Assembly (NCBI GenBank): GCA_963693365.1
Contig: CAVNZM010000002.1
Location: forward strand, 7,470,454 to 7,534,453
DNA length: 64,000 nt
Origin: Amoebidium appalachense
Taxonomy: Eukaryota > Protista > Ichthyosporea
Direction: 5' to 3'
Shown here in pieces: positions 1-18,229 of this stretch; position 1 is the stretch's first letter, and every line of letters begins with the position of its first letter. A program made the position numbers and the translations under genes. Below the pieces are notes generated by a model. The model did not search any database, had not been told where the DNA came from, and worked only from the letters and a program-made list of their open reading frames with translations.

Positions 1-394
1 CCCTCTCCTCGACCACCCACCCCTATCAGCCACCCTCCCATCACCACCACCATGGCCGCCATACCGATCGCGTCATTATTGGCACTTCCCCTCGTGCACC
101 CCTCTATTCCTGTATGTCTCTTAACACACATGAGATAATGGATTTTGGACACCGACCATTACCAAACTAACTGCTTGTTCTAGACTTCGTACTGCTACTG
201 CCCGAATACCCTGTCAAACATCACCACTTAACAAGCCCCCTAGCTTGACATTCTTCTATTCTTCAATTTGCTTATGTGCGCCGGGCTTCTTTTATTGTCT
301 ACTATCTTTTCTCTTCCATTTCTTCGTTTCCTTAACTTTCTTCCCTCCTTTCTTTTTTTTTTGCTCTCTTCCTTTGTTACTTGGGGGAAGAAAT

Positions 395-436
<42 letters not shown>

Positions 437-446
437 AGGAGGGTAC

Positions 447-5830
<5,384 letters not shown>

Positions 5831-6048
5831 AAAAACTAAACGGTGTAGCAGGGTAATAACTGGCTGTTCAGCACAAAGTATGGAGAAATACAAGGCGGCA
5901 CAAATAGAGGGGGCTTTTCATTGGTTGGTTGCCTGGCTGGGGATTTGGAAGAGCGAGGATAATAAATGAGGGGGCATTTTTTCTTTCTTACTTTTCTTTT
6001 CTTTTCTTTTTTCTTTTTCTTTTTTTTCTTTCGTTTTTTTTTTTTTTT

Positions 6049-6093
<45 letters not shown>

Positions 6094-6492
6094 TTTACAG
6101 GGTAATCAAGCTGAACTTGGAATCGTGGAAGATCCCATTTGTTGCCGTCTGAAAACGTGTCTTATGAGATGAAGTGCAGGGACAAGGTGCACCACACGCC
6201 ATGCTCCTTTGTGAAACAAAAACAAAAGTGCAAGTAAATATCTCTACCTCTCTCTCTCCCCCCCTCTAATCCCCCCCCTCCCCCCTCCCCCTCCCCCCCC
6301 CCCCTCCCTCCCGCTCTTCCCTCCCCCTGCCCCTTCTCTCTCTCTCCCCCCCCCCCCCCCCCCCCAACCCCAACCCCCTTCCCCTCCCCCAGTTATTCCC
6401 TTCTCTCTCCCCTATGCCCCCTTTCCTAATAATCCCCCTCGTCCCTCCTTCTTTATGCTCCCCCCCCCCCCCCAAAAAAAAAAAAAAAAAAG

Positions 6493-6587
<95 letters not shown>

Positions 6588-7039
6588 ACCACCACCACCA
6601 CCACCACCTCGAGCTCCTCTCCCCCCTTCTCCCCGGGGCCCAAACTCTACCTTCTTCACATGCCCTAACCCTACCCCTACCACCCTCCTCCTATTCACAT
6701 TGGCAACTTGCCCACGCACCTGCAGTCCTGAGAGTCAGGAGGCATTCCTTCTTTTTGACGTCATGTTTGTGTCGTGTGATGGTGGCTGTCTCTGCGCAAC
6801 ACATCAGCCAGTAAGACATGTGTTGGTGTGCGTAGATAGCCCGTACTTCCCTCGCTAACCCCCCCTCCCACAGCCCCCGTCCCCGCCCCTCCCACCCTCC
6901 CCCCCCCCCCCCCTCCAACCTTCATGACACACACACATATATCATTGCATATGTATGTGTATATTTGTGTGTGTTGTGTGTGTGTGTGTGTCATGATACA
7001 TACATACATACATCATTACTTATATATATATGATAGTAT

Positions 7040-7104
<65 letters not shown>

Positions 7105-7363
7105 TATATACATATATACATATATATCCCGGCCCCCCCCACACATACAAAAAAAAAAAAAAAGAAAGAAAGAAAGAAAAAAGAAAAAGAACCTTAACCT
7201 CAACTTGCACTCTTGTAGGCAGAGTCCACTATCCGATTGGCAAGCATATTTATATGTGGTCTATCTCTCAACCGCTCCCTCCACTCCTCCACCTAACCTC
7301 TTTCCTGCAGAGCCAAGCTATGTCACCTATATCCCCCCCCCCCCCCCACAACCCAACCCCCCC

Positions 7364-7396
<33 letters not shown>

Positions 7397-8853
7397 AAGG
7401 AGAGAGGAAAAAAAACCTGGCAATCCTCCCTCCCATCCCCCCCCCCCCCCCCCCCCCCCCACCCTTCCACCTCGTCCTTCCGCTCAATCTCGACAAGTGA
7501 CCTTACAGCTGCACATCATGTGCACAAACAAGAATTTTCTCACACACTTGCAAGCAATACAACAATGAAGCGCTTGTGCATTCAACAATCCGTTGTTACA
7601 AACTCTCTCCCCGTCCCTCTCACTCTACTCTTCCGATTGTGTTCTTCCCGGCCTTCCCCTATCTCGTCATTGCTCTCATCATCCTTTCCATTCTGTACCT
7701 CCCTATTTAACTCCCGCCCTTTCCACATTCTTTGACCCTTTAAGGCCCATCATTTCTTACCTAACACTTCTGTTCCCTCTCATCTTCCCCCTTTGCCCCC
7801 AATATGGTCCCCATCTTCCGGTGCACACATCGTCTGCTGGTGTATTATGTTCTTGAGTTCAATCTTTCGTGGGTATGCTCATTCCTGTGCATGGCAAGTG
7901 CTTATGTGTGTGAATCCGTCAGTTTTCTTTTATTTATTACTTGTTCTTTTATTTATTACTTGTTCTCGGAGCGCGCCGGAGGAAGGGGGGACGGGGGGGA
8001 GGGGTTGGGAGGAGGGGGGGGGGGGGGGGGGGGGGAAGGGGGGGGGCATTACCTCTTTCGCGCTCCTCTTACCTCCTATATCTGTGCGAACGGCAAGAAA
8101 ATAATTAGAGATGGGTACGATATTTTCTATTCATTCTTCTAACGTAACACCCTTGTGCAAATTGCACATAGAGACACAGCTTTTCTGCCTTCTTTTCCTT
8201 TCCAGTTTTCCCTTAGCAGGTACCATTGGCCATTATTTTCGTTCAGATACGCATCAGTAGTGCCCAGGTACATGAAGGATGGCTGGAACCACAGAAAGGG
8301 TTGATTTTGGGGAGCTGAGTATCATTTATTTCGCTCTTAGTCTCTACAAAAAAAGCTCACTACGGAGAGCACAGGACATCGACGTGTCTCTACATTACTA
8401 GGAAACACCAGGAGTCAGAAGTGGTCGTAAATATCTGGCAATGGGGTACGATAATAGTGGTGACACTGTGGATTCGGAATCAGACCTGAGGTTCATTGTG
8501 TAGCCATGCAGAGCGTGAAGGGGTTCCGGGAAGAACTTAAACGGCTTATTAGGCTGGTGTATGGGCATGCAGGATCCAGGGCCCGGCAGGTGAGCCGGGG
8601 GGAGGGGGGGAGGGGGGGGGGGGGGGAAGCTTCGGGGGAAGGGGGGGGGAACGGGGGGAGGGGGGAAGCGGGGGGAGGGGGGAGGGGGAAGCAACTTCCT
8701 TTCCCGTCCGCCCGCTATGGCCTGAAGGGCGCTGCAGGCCCATGAGTGACGCCATTTTGTGATTATTCCGCCTGAAATGGCCCAGCTAGCATCCACATGC
8801 TGTCAGCTGTCAAGAGTGACTGCATGCGCAGGTCCCGAGCCCCCCGCAAGTGC

Positions 8854-9114
8854 CTAGGCCACCTGTAATGTCCGTATTTACAGAAATCTGTACTAGCGTG
8901 CGAGAAATTACTGCAAAGTGAGGGTTGTGATGTGTATATGCATGTGGTTGTCTACTGTCACGGTAGCGCTCTCGATTTCGGAACTGTTTACGTGGCTCAT
9001 TGTTCGGCTGCGCCTGGAGCCGGATCGCTCGATTCGTGAGTCAATCAACCATATATGGTAAGTGTGGTATGCATAAGAGCAGGGCCTAGAAAATCAGTGA
9101 CGTCATCAAGCCCT
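8854..9114 (+). ncRNA. Candidate structured non-coding element with nested and crossing helices
   Basis: Nested helices TATGCAT/ATGCATA (8937/9069), GTGGTTG/CAACCAT (8944/9046), TGGCTCA/TGAGTCA (8993/9037) and CGGCT/AGCCG (9005/9018). CTAGGCC/GGCCTAG (8854/9083) crosses AGGGT..TGATGT/ACGTCA..GCCCT (8921/9100). Confidence 0.3.
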
Positions 9115-9559
9115 ACGCCAGACTACAAAAAGCAACTAAGGCCATTTTGACTGTTTCAACATTACATACATTTGTGACTGTAGAGTGGATTATATGTCAC
9201 AGTGATTATACCCATGTATCAGTACATCGTATGCATTTTGAAAAACGCCCAAACATTGGCACCGCCATTATTGTATGAACTCGAGACGCGCAAACCCAAG
9301 CCTTCGCCGAGTATGTAGTCCGCCGCCGGCCCGAGTAACCAGTTGCCGCAGTTGCGGTGTGTAGACTAGTGGCTCTACCATTATCCAATAGATAAGGATA
9401 ATCCCCCCCAGAGAGCAAGCTCGACATCGGATGTCCAGGCTTGTAGGTCCAGGACCTTCCGTCCCCGGGCCCCCTCCTCCCCCCTCCCCCCGCCCCCCTT
9501 CTCCCGGGGCCCTCCCAGCCCCCTCCCCCCCCCCCTCCCCCCCCCCCTCCCCCTCCCCT

Positions 9560-9604
<45 letters not shown>

Positions 9605-10229
9605 CCGCCGCCGCCGCCGCCGCCCCCCCCTCCTCCCTTACGCCCTCCACAGTTTTCTTCTTTTCATCCCATTTTCGAATTCTGATGAAACTCGGCGACG
9701 CCCGGACGTGCATGCATTTGAATTTATATGTATGTACGAAGCACCACCATTTGGCCCATAAAGTGCATCACTGATATAGTCACAAAATATATGCACATGT
9801 ATATATGTTTGCGTATTTAGGTATATGCAATTGCAAGATACATGTATTCATGTGATCGATATTTATTTGGTTCAACTCGTTTTTATTTAAGGAGCACCTT
9901 AACCGGAAGCTCGGAACACATACGCCTGGCGGGCTGATGAGGAAACCCACATTCCAACAAACCCCAACATTCCAAAGATATACATAAGAGTATGATTGGT
10001 TGATCTATTTCTATTGTGCGATGCCATTGGGTACAATGTTTTTCCGCATAATGATTGGCTACACGGTTTCGCCAACCAAGTATATAATCGAATAATCGCC
10101 CACCTCACATTCATCAGCTCAGCTTCTCAATTTTTAGATTCTCGAAGCCTGAACCGCGAAGTTCAGCACCCACACAAACACGCACACGTGCACACTCAAA
10201 CAAAAGTAAACCGTCCCTTGAAAGTAACC

Positions 10230-11179
10230 ATGGCACCAAACGCTAACAATACGCCTGTGTGTGCCCCAGTCCCCGATGTGCAAATGCTCAATAATGACGC
10301 CAGAATCAATATATCCGCGCCCCTTAATACAACTCAAACCAACTCTCTCCTTCAGCCTGTTTGGGAGGAGGAAAACGCAATGAAGAAGGCTCAGGGTACA
10401 GCTTTCCCGGAGGCTGACTTTGAGACAGTGTGCATAACAGATAAAGCCCCATCAAAGGATGAGGGAGAGGAGGTGCTGCCTTACCATGCTGGTGGGTGGA
10501 GAGTAAAGTTTTGGCAACAAAAGTTTCACTACCTGGACACGGAGAGATTTGTGACGTCACACTTCCTGCCTGCATGGGGCCTGCTGTGTGTGAGGATCGT
10601 GCTCATGTGCTACGCACTGGCAACGATCATTACTTCTGCTGCGCTCAACTTCAACCATGGCCTATGGGTAGGTGTATTCCCTCGGCTCCTACAGTCATTC
10701 TCTATTACAAACAGAGGCATGTGCATGCATATGCATCAGAGAAACCGCATGCTAAGTACTCATCTTACTTTCTCACAATGTAAACCCACAGCAAAACATA
10801 CCGTTTATAGAATTTTGTCTGAGATTTGTCTCTAAGATCTAGACAGCTGCTGCAACATTTAAAATTTTTGGTGGCCGGCAAAGACGATTGATAGGACTGC
10901 AGCTGCAGGCCTAGAATAATTTGGTACAGGGCATGCACTGCACACAGTGACTAACACACGTACTCGGTTGCAGTTGCGCTTCTTCACAATTCTGAGCTAC
11001 ATCGGCCTCACCATCTACTTGATTGCTGCCGTGACTCATACTGGTACGTAATTGCCTTCCCACCCCTCCTCCCCACCGGCCCGTCCCTTTTTCTAACTTT
11101 TGCTCCTCAAAAAATCATATCACATAAACCTGTCCCCCTGCTGCTTGCTGTGCCTTGGTCAAAACGGCGCCAAAATTTC

Positions 11180-11234
<55 letters not shown>

Positions 11235-12167
11235 ATCCTGGGGTTCCCCTTAAGTTATACTCTCGGATGGTGGCAATTTAGGTTTTTGCCTTTGATGTGA
11301 TGCACAATTTCCTCTTCGACTCTCGATACTCTTCTTTTTTTTCTTTTTGGTAGCCCCTCTTGCAATGAGTTCTCACTTACATTTACTCCCTCCCCTGCAG
11401 CCCTTTACGTCAGGCAAGGGAGTGAGGGCAAGCCACGCAGTTTCGAGTCGCAGCCGCGGTGGATCAACCTTGCATACTGGATCATGTACGAGGTTCTGTT
11501 CACGTACAAGATCATCGTCCCAGTGGTGTTCTGGACCTGTCTCTCTAATCAAGCACGTAAGTACCCCAGTTTTGATGCAGGGGACTTGTGGGGTTTAGGA
11601 GAGGACTCCGTGTAGGAAATAAACACACTGCACTATGCCATATGATGTACTTCTAAACATTTGTCACTTGAACAAAACCCCCTGTTATGTACAATGCCAG
11701 TATGATATGCTATTATCGAGCCGGGATGTGTGAGTTTCTCCGCATGATACACTCCTTAATATTGGCTGTTTATTAATGTTTTTTTGGTCATAATAGCGGA
11801 CACTCACACAGTCTATTTTTACCCTGCAGCTGCCTGGAGCGAGCACCTGCAAGCGTGGGACAATCTGAGTGTGCATGGTATGGACTTTGTGCTGATGTTC
11901 ATCGAATTTTCATGCAACCGCCAGATTTTTGTGTGGGGCCACATGACATTCTTCGTAGCCATCATGGCCGTCTACTGCGTGTACACGTGGATTTTCTACT
12001 TCACAGGGTTCGGATGGACCTACTGGTTCATGGACATTACCACCCCGGCTGCCGCCTACTGGTACCCTGCCCTCATTTTTGCCTTCTGTCTTGTGTGGAC
12101 GGCATGTTTCTTTGTGCACGTTGGTAAGGAGAAGCTCGTAGCAATTTTCCAAAAAGATACTAAATAG
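10230..12167 (+). CDS. Rolling-stone / FAR-17a-AIG1-ADTRP-like multi-pass membrane protein, paralog 1 (333 aa, 4 exons)
   Basis: Exons 10230-10667, 10974-11043, 11401-11556 and 11830-12167 total 1002 nt, with GT-AG introns, consistent phases and a CTAAC branch point at 10951. Motifs ERFVTSHFLP..R..Y, LRFFT, VVFW, NLSVHG and GWTYWFMD are typical of the family. Confidence 0.88.
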
Positions 12168-12308
12168 GCTAACACTGCACTTTAGCCATAGTTTTTTGCT
12201 CAGGTCAAATGGCCTTCGTGTTGTTTACTGCTTATAACTTAGATAGGTACCCAAACAAGATATTTAACGGCCAAGTAAAACGGAATTTTTCTTAACTTAA
12301 GAACGGAG

Positions 12309-12826
12309 TGTTGGACATTGTGTTCATAGAAGCTAGTTCTAGTGCACGTTGTTCCTTCTGTAAGTCAGAAATGATTGCATCTTGTGAGGCCAACCTCTGC
12401 TCCAGTAGTTGGACTAGTTGCTGCAACTGTAAGTTGTCAGACATAGTGTCGTGTATGATGGGTAACTAGTCTATGTGTTTTGTGCACTGGAAACGACAGT
12501 AGAAAAGTGTAAATCAAACGTTCTGCTTCCCATGTTTGTGACATGGGAGGCACTGCTTTATATAGTCGTTGGCCACCTCATGGTGGCCTCGTGTGCACCC
12601 TGGTGGTGGGCCATGTACAGCATGGCCGAAAAGAGAGCACAATTAGCACGTTGCTAGTGAAGCTCGTCATTGGTACAGTTTTGGCTCAAACATATAACTA
12701 CCATATATGAATATGACCGTAAACAAAAGCTCTATGCACTCGAGTGAGTGTTGAAACAGTTATTCAATTGCTCAGAAACTTTCTCTAACAGACATTGCTA
12801 GCCGGGAGTACCAGTGTACTCCAACA
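12309..12826 (-). repeat. Copia 3' LTR (518 bp; lacks a 248-bp U3 segment)
   Basis: Direct repeat of 17177-17942 apart from the deletion; preceded on the minus strand by the purine tract GAGTAGGGG. Confidence 0.95.
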
Positions 12827-13014
12827 CCCCTACTCAATTGGATAATTGTGGTATGAATTAATGCAACTGAGCTCGAGTGCTTCAGGTGCACAAAATACAG
12901 ACAATAAAGATTCCCCTAGTACTCAATTTTAGTATGGTACACGTAGTTGCACAGTCGGATGCAACTCTCTCCCCCCCCTGAAGTATGAGGGCGCAGTTGG
13001 TTGATGACGGGTGC

Positions 13015-16000
13015 TCAGCACATGTTGAGCATCCCCACGGCCTTGGTGAAGAAAGAGGCAGACAGGGCCTTGGTGAACATGTCGGCCTTGTTGTCAGCAG
13101 AAGCCACCGGGACCACAGTGATGTTGCCCAGCAGGTGATGTTCCTTGACGGAGCAGTAGCGGACGTCGATGTGCTTGGTCTTGGGCTTAACCCCCAGGGT
13201 GTCCAGCAGGGCCCGGGCAGACTCATTGTCCCCATGGATGGGCACCGGGGTGGGCTCATTGATAGGATTAAGGCCCAGGTCGTCCATCACATAGTTGAGC
13301 CATAGGGCCTCGTTCGTAGCAGCAGACATGGCCACAAATTCAGCCTCAGTGGAGCTGTGGGTGGTGATGGACTGGAGCCGAGACACCCAGGACACAGGGG
13401 AGGAGTTGATGAAGAAGACATAGCCCGTGGTGGAGCGCCGGGTGTCGCGGTCCTCGGCGTAGTCGGAGTCGGAGTAGCCAACAAGGTTGGGGGGGCCGGG
13501 ACGGTAGACAATACCCAGGTCGATGGTGGCCAGCAGGTAGCTTACAACTCTGGTAGCCATAGTCCAGTGGGTGACGGTGGGCGCATGAATGTGTCGAGTA
13601 AGGACTCCCAGAGCCTGGGAAATGTCGGGGCGGGTGGTACGCGCAATCCACAGCAGGGCACCGACCAGGCTGGCATAGTCCTCCTTCTTGCTGTAGGCTG
13701 GGGTCTTGTTGCTTTCACTGGCCTGGCCCGGGACGATGGGGGTCTTGGTGCCGGACATGTGGGTGAGACGAAAACGGGCAGCCAAGTCGATGATGTGTTG
13801 ACGATGGCCCAGACGCAGAGACCCGTCCTCCAGCCAGGTAAGAGTGTGCCCGATGAGCAGGGTAGGACGACCCAGGTCCTTGGCAGAGAAACGAGCATCC
13901 AGCTTGGTGAAAAAATCGTCGATGAGCGCATCAGTGGCGGCCGTCACGGTGAAGTCATCCACGTAGGCAGCAAGGGCAATAAACGTTGGGGTCCCGGCAT
14001 TCTTGATGAACAGGCACGGGTCAGCAGCACTCACAATGAAGCCTTGGTCGAGGAGATGGTCACGGAGGGCCTCATACCACTGGCGCGGTGCCTGTTTTAG
14101 GCCGTAGAGCGCCTTGTGGAGCAAGCCGACAGCATGGGGGGCCGAGGGGTTGACGAAGCCAGGGGGCTGCTCAATGTAGATGGTCTCGTTGACGGTGCCG
14201 TTGAGGAATGCTGTGTTGACGTCGATGTGGCGCAGAGGCAGACCTTGGGCCACAGAGGTAGCCAAAACCAGCCGGATGGTAGCCAGCGCAGCCACAGGTG
14301 ACTCGGTGACGAAATAGTCCTGGCCAGGCTGCTGGTAGTTGCCCCGGGCCACAAGCCGGGCCTTGAAAGCAGTGACGTTGCCGACGTTGTCCTGCTTGAC
14401 CGTAAAGACCCAGCCGACCGGAATGACAGTGGAGCCATCCTCTGGACGGGGCACAAGGGTGAAGGTGCCGTTGTCTTCCAGGGCCTTGAGCTCACGGTGT
14501 GCAGCCTCCTCCCATTTCAGACGCTGGGGACTCTTGAGTGCAGCCCGGACAGTCTTGGGGACAACAATGGTGGAAGCCTTGATGGGTGTTGATGCAGGAG
14601 CCGTAGCCTGGGGGGCAAGGGGGGCCGTAGCAGCAGCCACGTTGGCAGTCGGGCCTCGACGTTGGTCGTTGTACACAGCGCCACTACGGGTCGTCCGGGG
14701 GAGCCGATGTGCAGGCTCGGGCAGGATCGGAATGTCCAATTGATCACTCGGCGCTGTCCCATTGGCTGACAGACGAGACGAATCAGATTGCTGATCATTC
14801 CGGACGATGTGATTGGCTGGCTGATTTGACGAATCAGATGACTCCAAAAAATGATGAATTGCCGGTGCGGTCGACCAATCAGATGGGACATCACGGAGGG
14901 GGTGCAGAATAGCAGCCTCGTCGAACTGCACGTCACGGCTAACGGTCATCTTGTGTGCTGCTGGAATCCAGACCTTGTAGCCCTTGATGTTAGGAGGGTA
15001 GCCCACGAAGATGCCCTTGACGGCACGAGGCGCCAGTTTCGGTGTATCCTGTTGATGGACGTAGCAGGGAGAGCCCCAGACACGGAGCCGGCTGTAGTCG
15101 GGAGGAATGCCGGTCCACAGCAGGGCGGGAGACGATTGGCTGCCGGTGGCTCGCGACGGGAGCATGTTGCGTATAAAAGCCGCGGTCACAGCTGCCTCGG
15201 CCCAGAATCCCACCGGAAGGCCGGACTGCTGCAGGAGTGCCCGAACCATGTCGAGGAGGGTCCGGTTCAGTCGTTCGGCAGTCCCATTCTGTTGAGGAGA
15301 GCCGGTGGTAGTGATCTGATGGCGAATGCCATGCTCACGGTTGTAGTCCCCGAAGGCCGTGCCCATGTACTCGCCCCCCCGTCGGACTGAAACACCTGCA
15401 TGGGAACACCGTGTTGGGTAACCGCCGCCTTGTGGTACGTCACATATGCAGCCAGTGTGTCCGACTTCTTGACGAGGGGCACGGCCGTGGTGTGGCCGGT
15501 GAATTCGTCGTGGAACGTCGCCAAGTACTGAGCACCACCGATCGCGGGAGGGAAGGGGCCGCTGATGTCGCTGTGAACCTTGGCTAGGACCCGGGGAGCT
15601 TGGCTAGTTGATTCGGAGAAGGCAACACGGTGGGCTTTGCCGAGGGCACAGGGCTCACACACACCCGGAGACTTGGCACCGCCACCCACCAACAGGCCTG
15701 CAGACTTGATGACCGAGCGTACAGCGTCAATGCCAGCATGGCCCAGACGGTAGTGCCACGTGTTGAGGTCGGCAGTAACCTTGAGGATACGCGGAGCAGT
15801 GGTGGTTTGGGCGTCCGGGGTTGTGTCCGCGCGCAGAAGAGACACCGCCATGTGGTACAGCTTGGTGCCGACAGCCGAGCCGGTGGCCAGAATTTGATCG
15901 CCGTAGCACAACTTAACGCCGCCGCGGGTGTCAAAGCGGGGTAAAACACCGTTGGTAGTTGCCGTGAACACACTGATGAGAGTGTCGGGGATGGAGGGCA

Positions 16001-17312
16001 CGTAGAGTACATCCGTCAGCTGATGCACCGCAGTAACGCCGTCGATGGTGCTGGAAAAGAACACGTCGCCCACCCCAAGCACTGCACATGCACCCTTGTC
16101 GGCTACTTGGACCGTGGAGTAAGGCGCCGCACGCATGTTGATGAACACATCGGGCCGGGGGCACACATGGTCAGTGGCTCCAGAGTCGAGGAGCACCTTG
16201 TTGGTGCCACAGTCGTTGCTAGACATGAGGAAAGCCCGGGGAGCGGCAGCCCCCCCCTTGCACTGTGCCGTAGTGTGGGTAGTAGAGGCAGGGTGGTTGA
16301 TGCAGGACCCAGGCGGGAGGGGACCACCTTTAGGTTTGCGGCCGTTGGCACGGTTGCCCCCCTTGCACATGGCGGTAGTGTGACTGGTAGACAGTGGGTG
16401 GTTGACGCAGGAACCCTTGGGGTAGGTGCTGGCACGGTTGTTGCCAGAGTTGCTGTGTTGGCCGTTGCCGTTGGGGCACTGAGACTTGATGTGGCCTGGT
16501 TTGCCGCAGCCGTGGCAGATGACAGGTTGAGGAGCCCGTGTGGTGAAGGCGGCCGGCCCGGAGCTGGTAGTCACACGTGCACGTGGGTGGCTGGTCTCAT
16601 ATGCCCGTAGCTGTTGGAGGAGGCCCATCACGGTAGGCTTGGGTGTCATCTTGTAGGCAATTACAGGCATTTCGTAGTAAGGCACCTTGCCGAGGTCGTT
16701 GGTGAGCTTGGTCAGCACTTGAGCATCACCAATTTGTGTGCCGTAATCGGCCAGGCGCCGCACGTAGCCGCGGAGTTTCATGGCGTATTTCGTCGCGGTG
16801 TCCGTAGGTTCAGGCGTAGAATTCATGTACAGCCCGATAAGGTCGTACTGATTGGCCTCAGATTGCTCCAGGTAGTGGGCAGATAGGGCCGACCATATCT
16901 CCGCAGGTGTGGTGGTGCGTGTTAACCCTAGGATACAACGCACGTCAACCGAGAGTGCTTGCCACAGGTAGGAACGGGCAGTGTCGACCTGTTCACGGGT
17001 AGCCGGGTGCTCCGTACTGGGCGCGATGGTGTGGAGAAGACCAGCACCAGAAAGCTGGACATACATGGTTTCGGCCCATGTGTGGTAGTCCGTGCCTGAA
17101 TCATTATCAATGCCAGTGAAGAGAGGGATGTCGACCTTGAACTTGATGGAATCATTACGTGAGGGGCCCATAACCCTGTTGGACATTGTGTTCATAGAAG
17201 CTAGTTCTAGTGCACGTTGTTCCTTCTGTAAGTCAGAAATGATTGCATCTTGTGAGGCCAACCTCTGCTCCAGTAGTTGGACTAGTTGCTGCAACTGTAA
17301 GTTGTCAGACAT
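13015..17312 (-). CDS. Copia gag-pol polyprotein; single frameshift in a G7 run within integrase
   Basis: CCHC knuckle CHGCGKPGHIKSQC; protease LLDSGAT; WHYRLGH..CEPC; integrase HSDISGP and QNGTAER; RT AYVDD; RNase H YSDSDYA. ORFs 15267-17312 and 13015-15366 join as SDGGGEYMG if one G is added at 15374-15380. Confidence 0.93.
17164..17176 (-). promoter_or_regulatory. Primer binding site complementary to the anticodon stem-loop of tRNAiMet (half-tRNA priming)
   Basis: GGGTTATGGGCCC directly follows the 5' LTR; it is the complement of GGGCCCAUAACCC in initiator tRNA, as in Drosophila copia and Ty5. Confidence 0.9.
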
Positions 17313-17942
17313 AGTGTCGTGTATGATGGGTAACTAGTCTATGTGTTTTGTGCACTGGAAACGACAGTAGAAAAGTGTAAATCAAACGTTCTGCTTCCCA
17401 TGTTTGTGACATGGGAGGCACTGCTTTATATAGTCGTTGGCCACCTCATGGTGGCCTCGTGTGCACCCTGGTGGTGGGCCATGTACAGCATGGCCGAAAA
17501 GAGAGCACAATGAAAACAAGTCGTTAAAGATATAAAAGTTAACTGTGCACGTTGAGTGGCTAGTTAACTTGCACTAAAGCACACAAATAAACGTGTTTAA
17601 CACACCAATTGCAGTTAAACGTAAATCTTGCTTCACACAACTAAAAATATTCTGAGAATATCCGGGAATAAAGCACACTACCACTCTAAGAATAGAATCC
17701 TGTGGCAAATATAGACATGACATCATCTGAACCGGGAATAGCCGAAAAGAGAGCACAATTAGCACGTTGCTAGTGAAGCTCGTCATTGGTACAGTTTTGG
17801 CTCAAACATATAACTACCATATATGAATATGACCGTAAACAAAAGCTCTATGCACTCGAGTGAGTGTTGAAACAGTTATTCAATTGCTCAGAAACTTTCT
17901 CTAACAGACATTGCTAGCCGGGAGTACCAGTGTACTCCAACA
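17177..17942 (-). repeat. Copia 5' LTR (766 bp)
   Basis: TG...CA ends; TATATAAA on the minus strand near 17425-17432; contains the first ~45 codons of gag. Confidence 0.95.
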
Positions 17943-18136
17943 CGGAGTAGGTTCAAGGGGCCCCGTTAGAAATGAAGCCCCTTTGATTTCGTAATTTAGT
18001 CAACTTTTATTTATCATCAGATCAACATACTATGCGAATGATACTTGACAAGCCGGCAGGGGGCACTGTGTGTACCCCAGAACCACCAAGGCATTTTGCT
18101 ATGCAAATACATGTACATGACATACGATTCGTGTGT

Positions 18137-18229
<93 letters not shown>

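Larger units (their letters stand above)
12309..17942 (-). mobile_element. Full-length Ty1/copia LTR retrotransposon (hemivirus-type PBS)
   Basis: Two LTRs bounded by TGTTGGA...TCCAACA; 5-bp TSD CGGAG (12304-12308 and 17943-17947); domain order gag-PR-IN-RT-RH. Inserted ~140 bp after the stop codon of paralog 1. Confidence 0.97.

Noticed and set aside
13357-14743. Long antisense ORFs over the copia pol (and similarly over the gypsy gag)
   Set aside because: Expected shadow ORFs of GC-rich coding sequence, with no recognisable domains.
15374-15380. Programmed frameshift in the copia polyprotein
   Set aside because: It falls inside the integrase catalytic core in a G7 homopolymer, and one added G restores SDGGGEY. 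A sequencing error or simple mutation is more likely.
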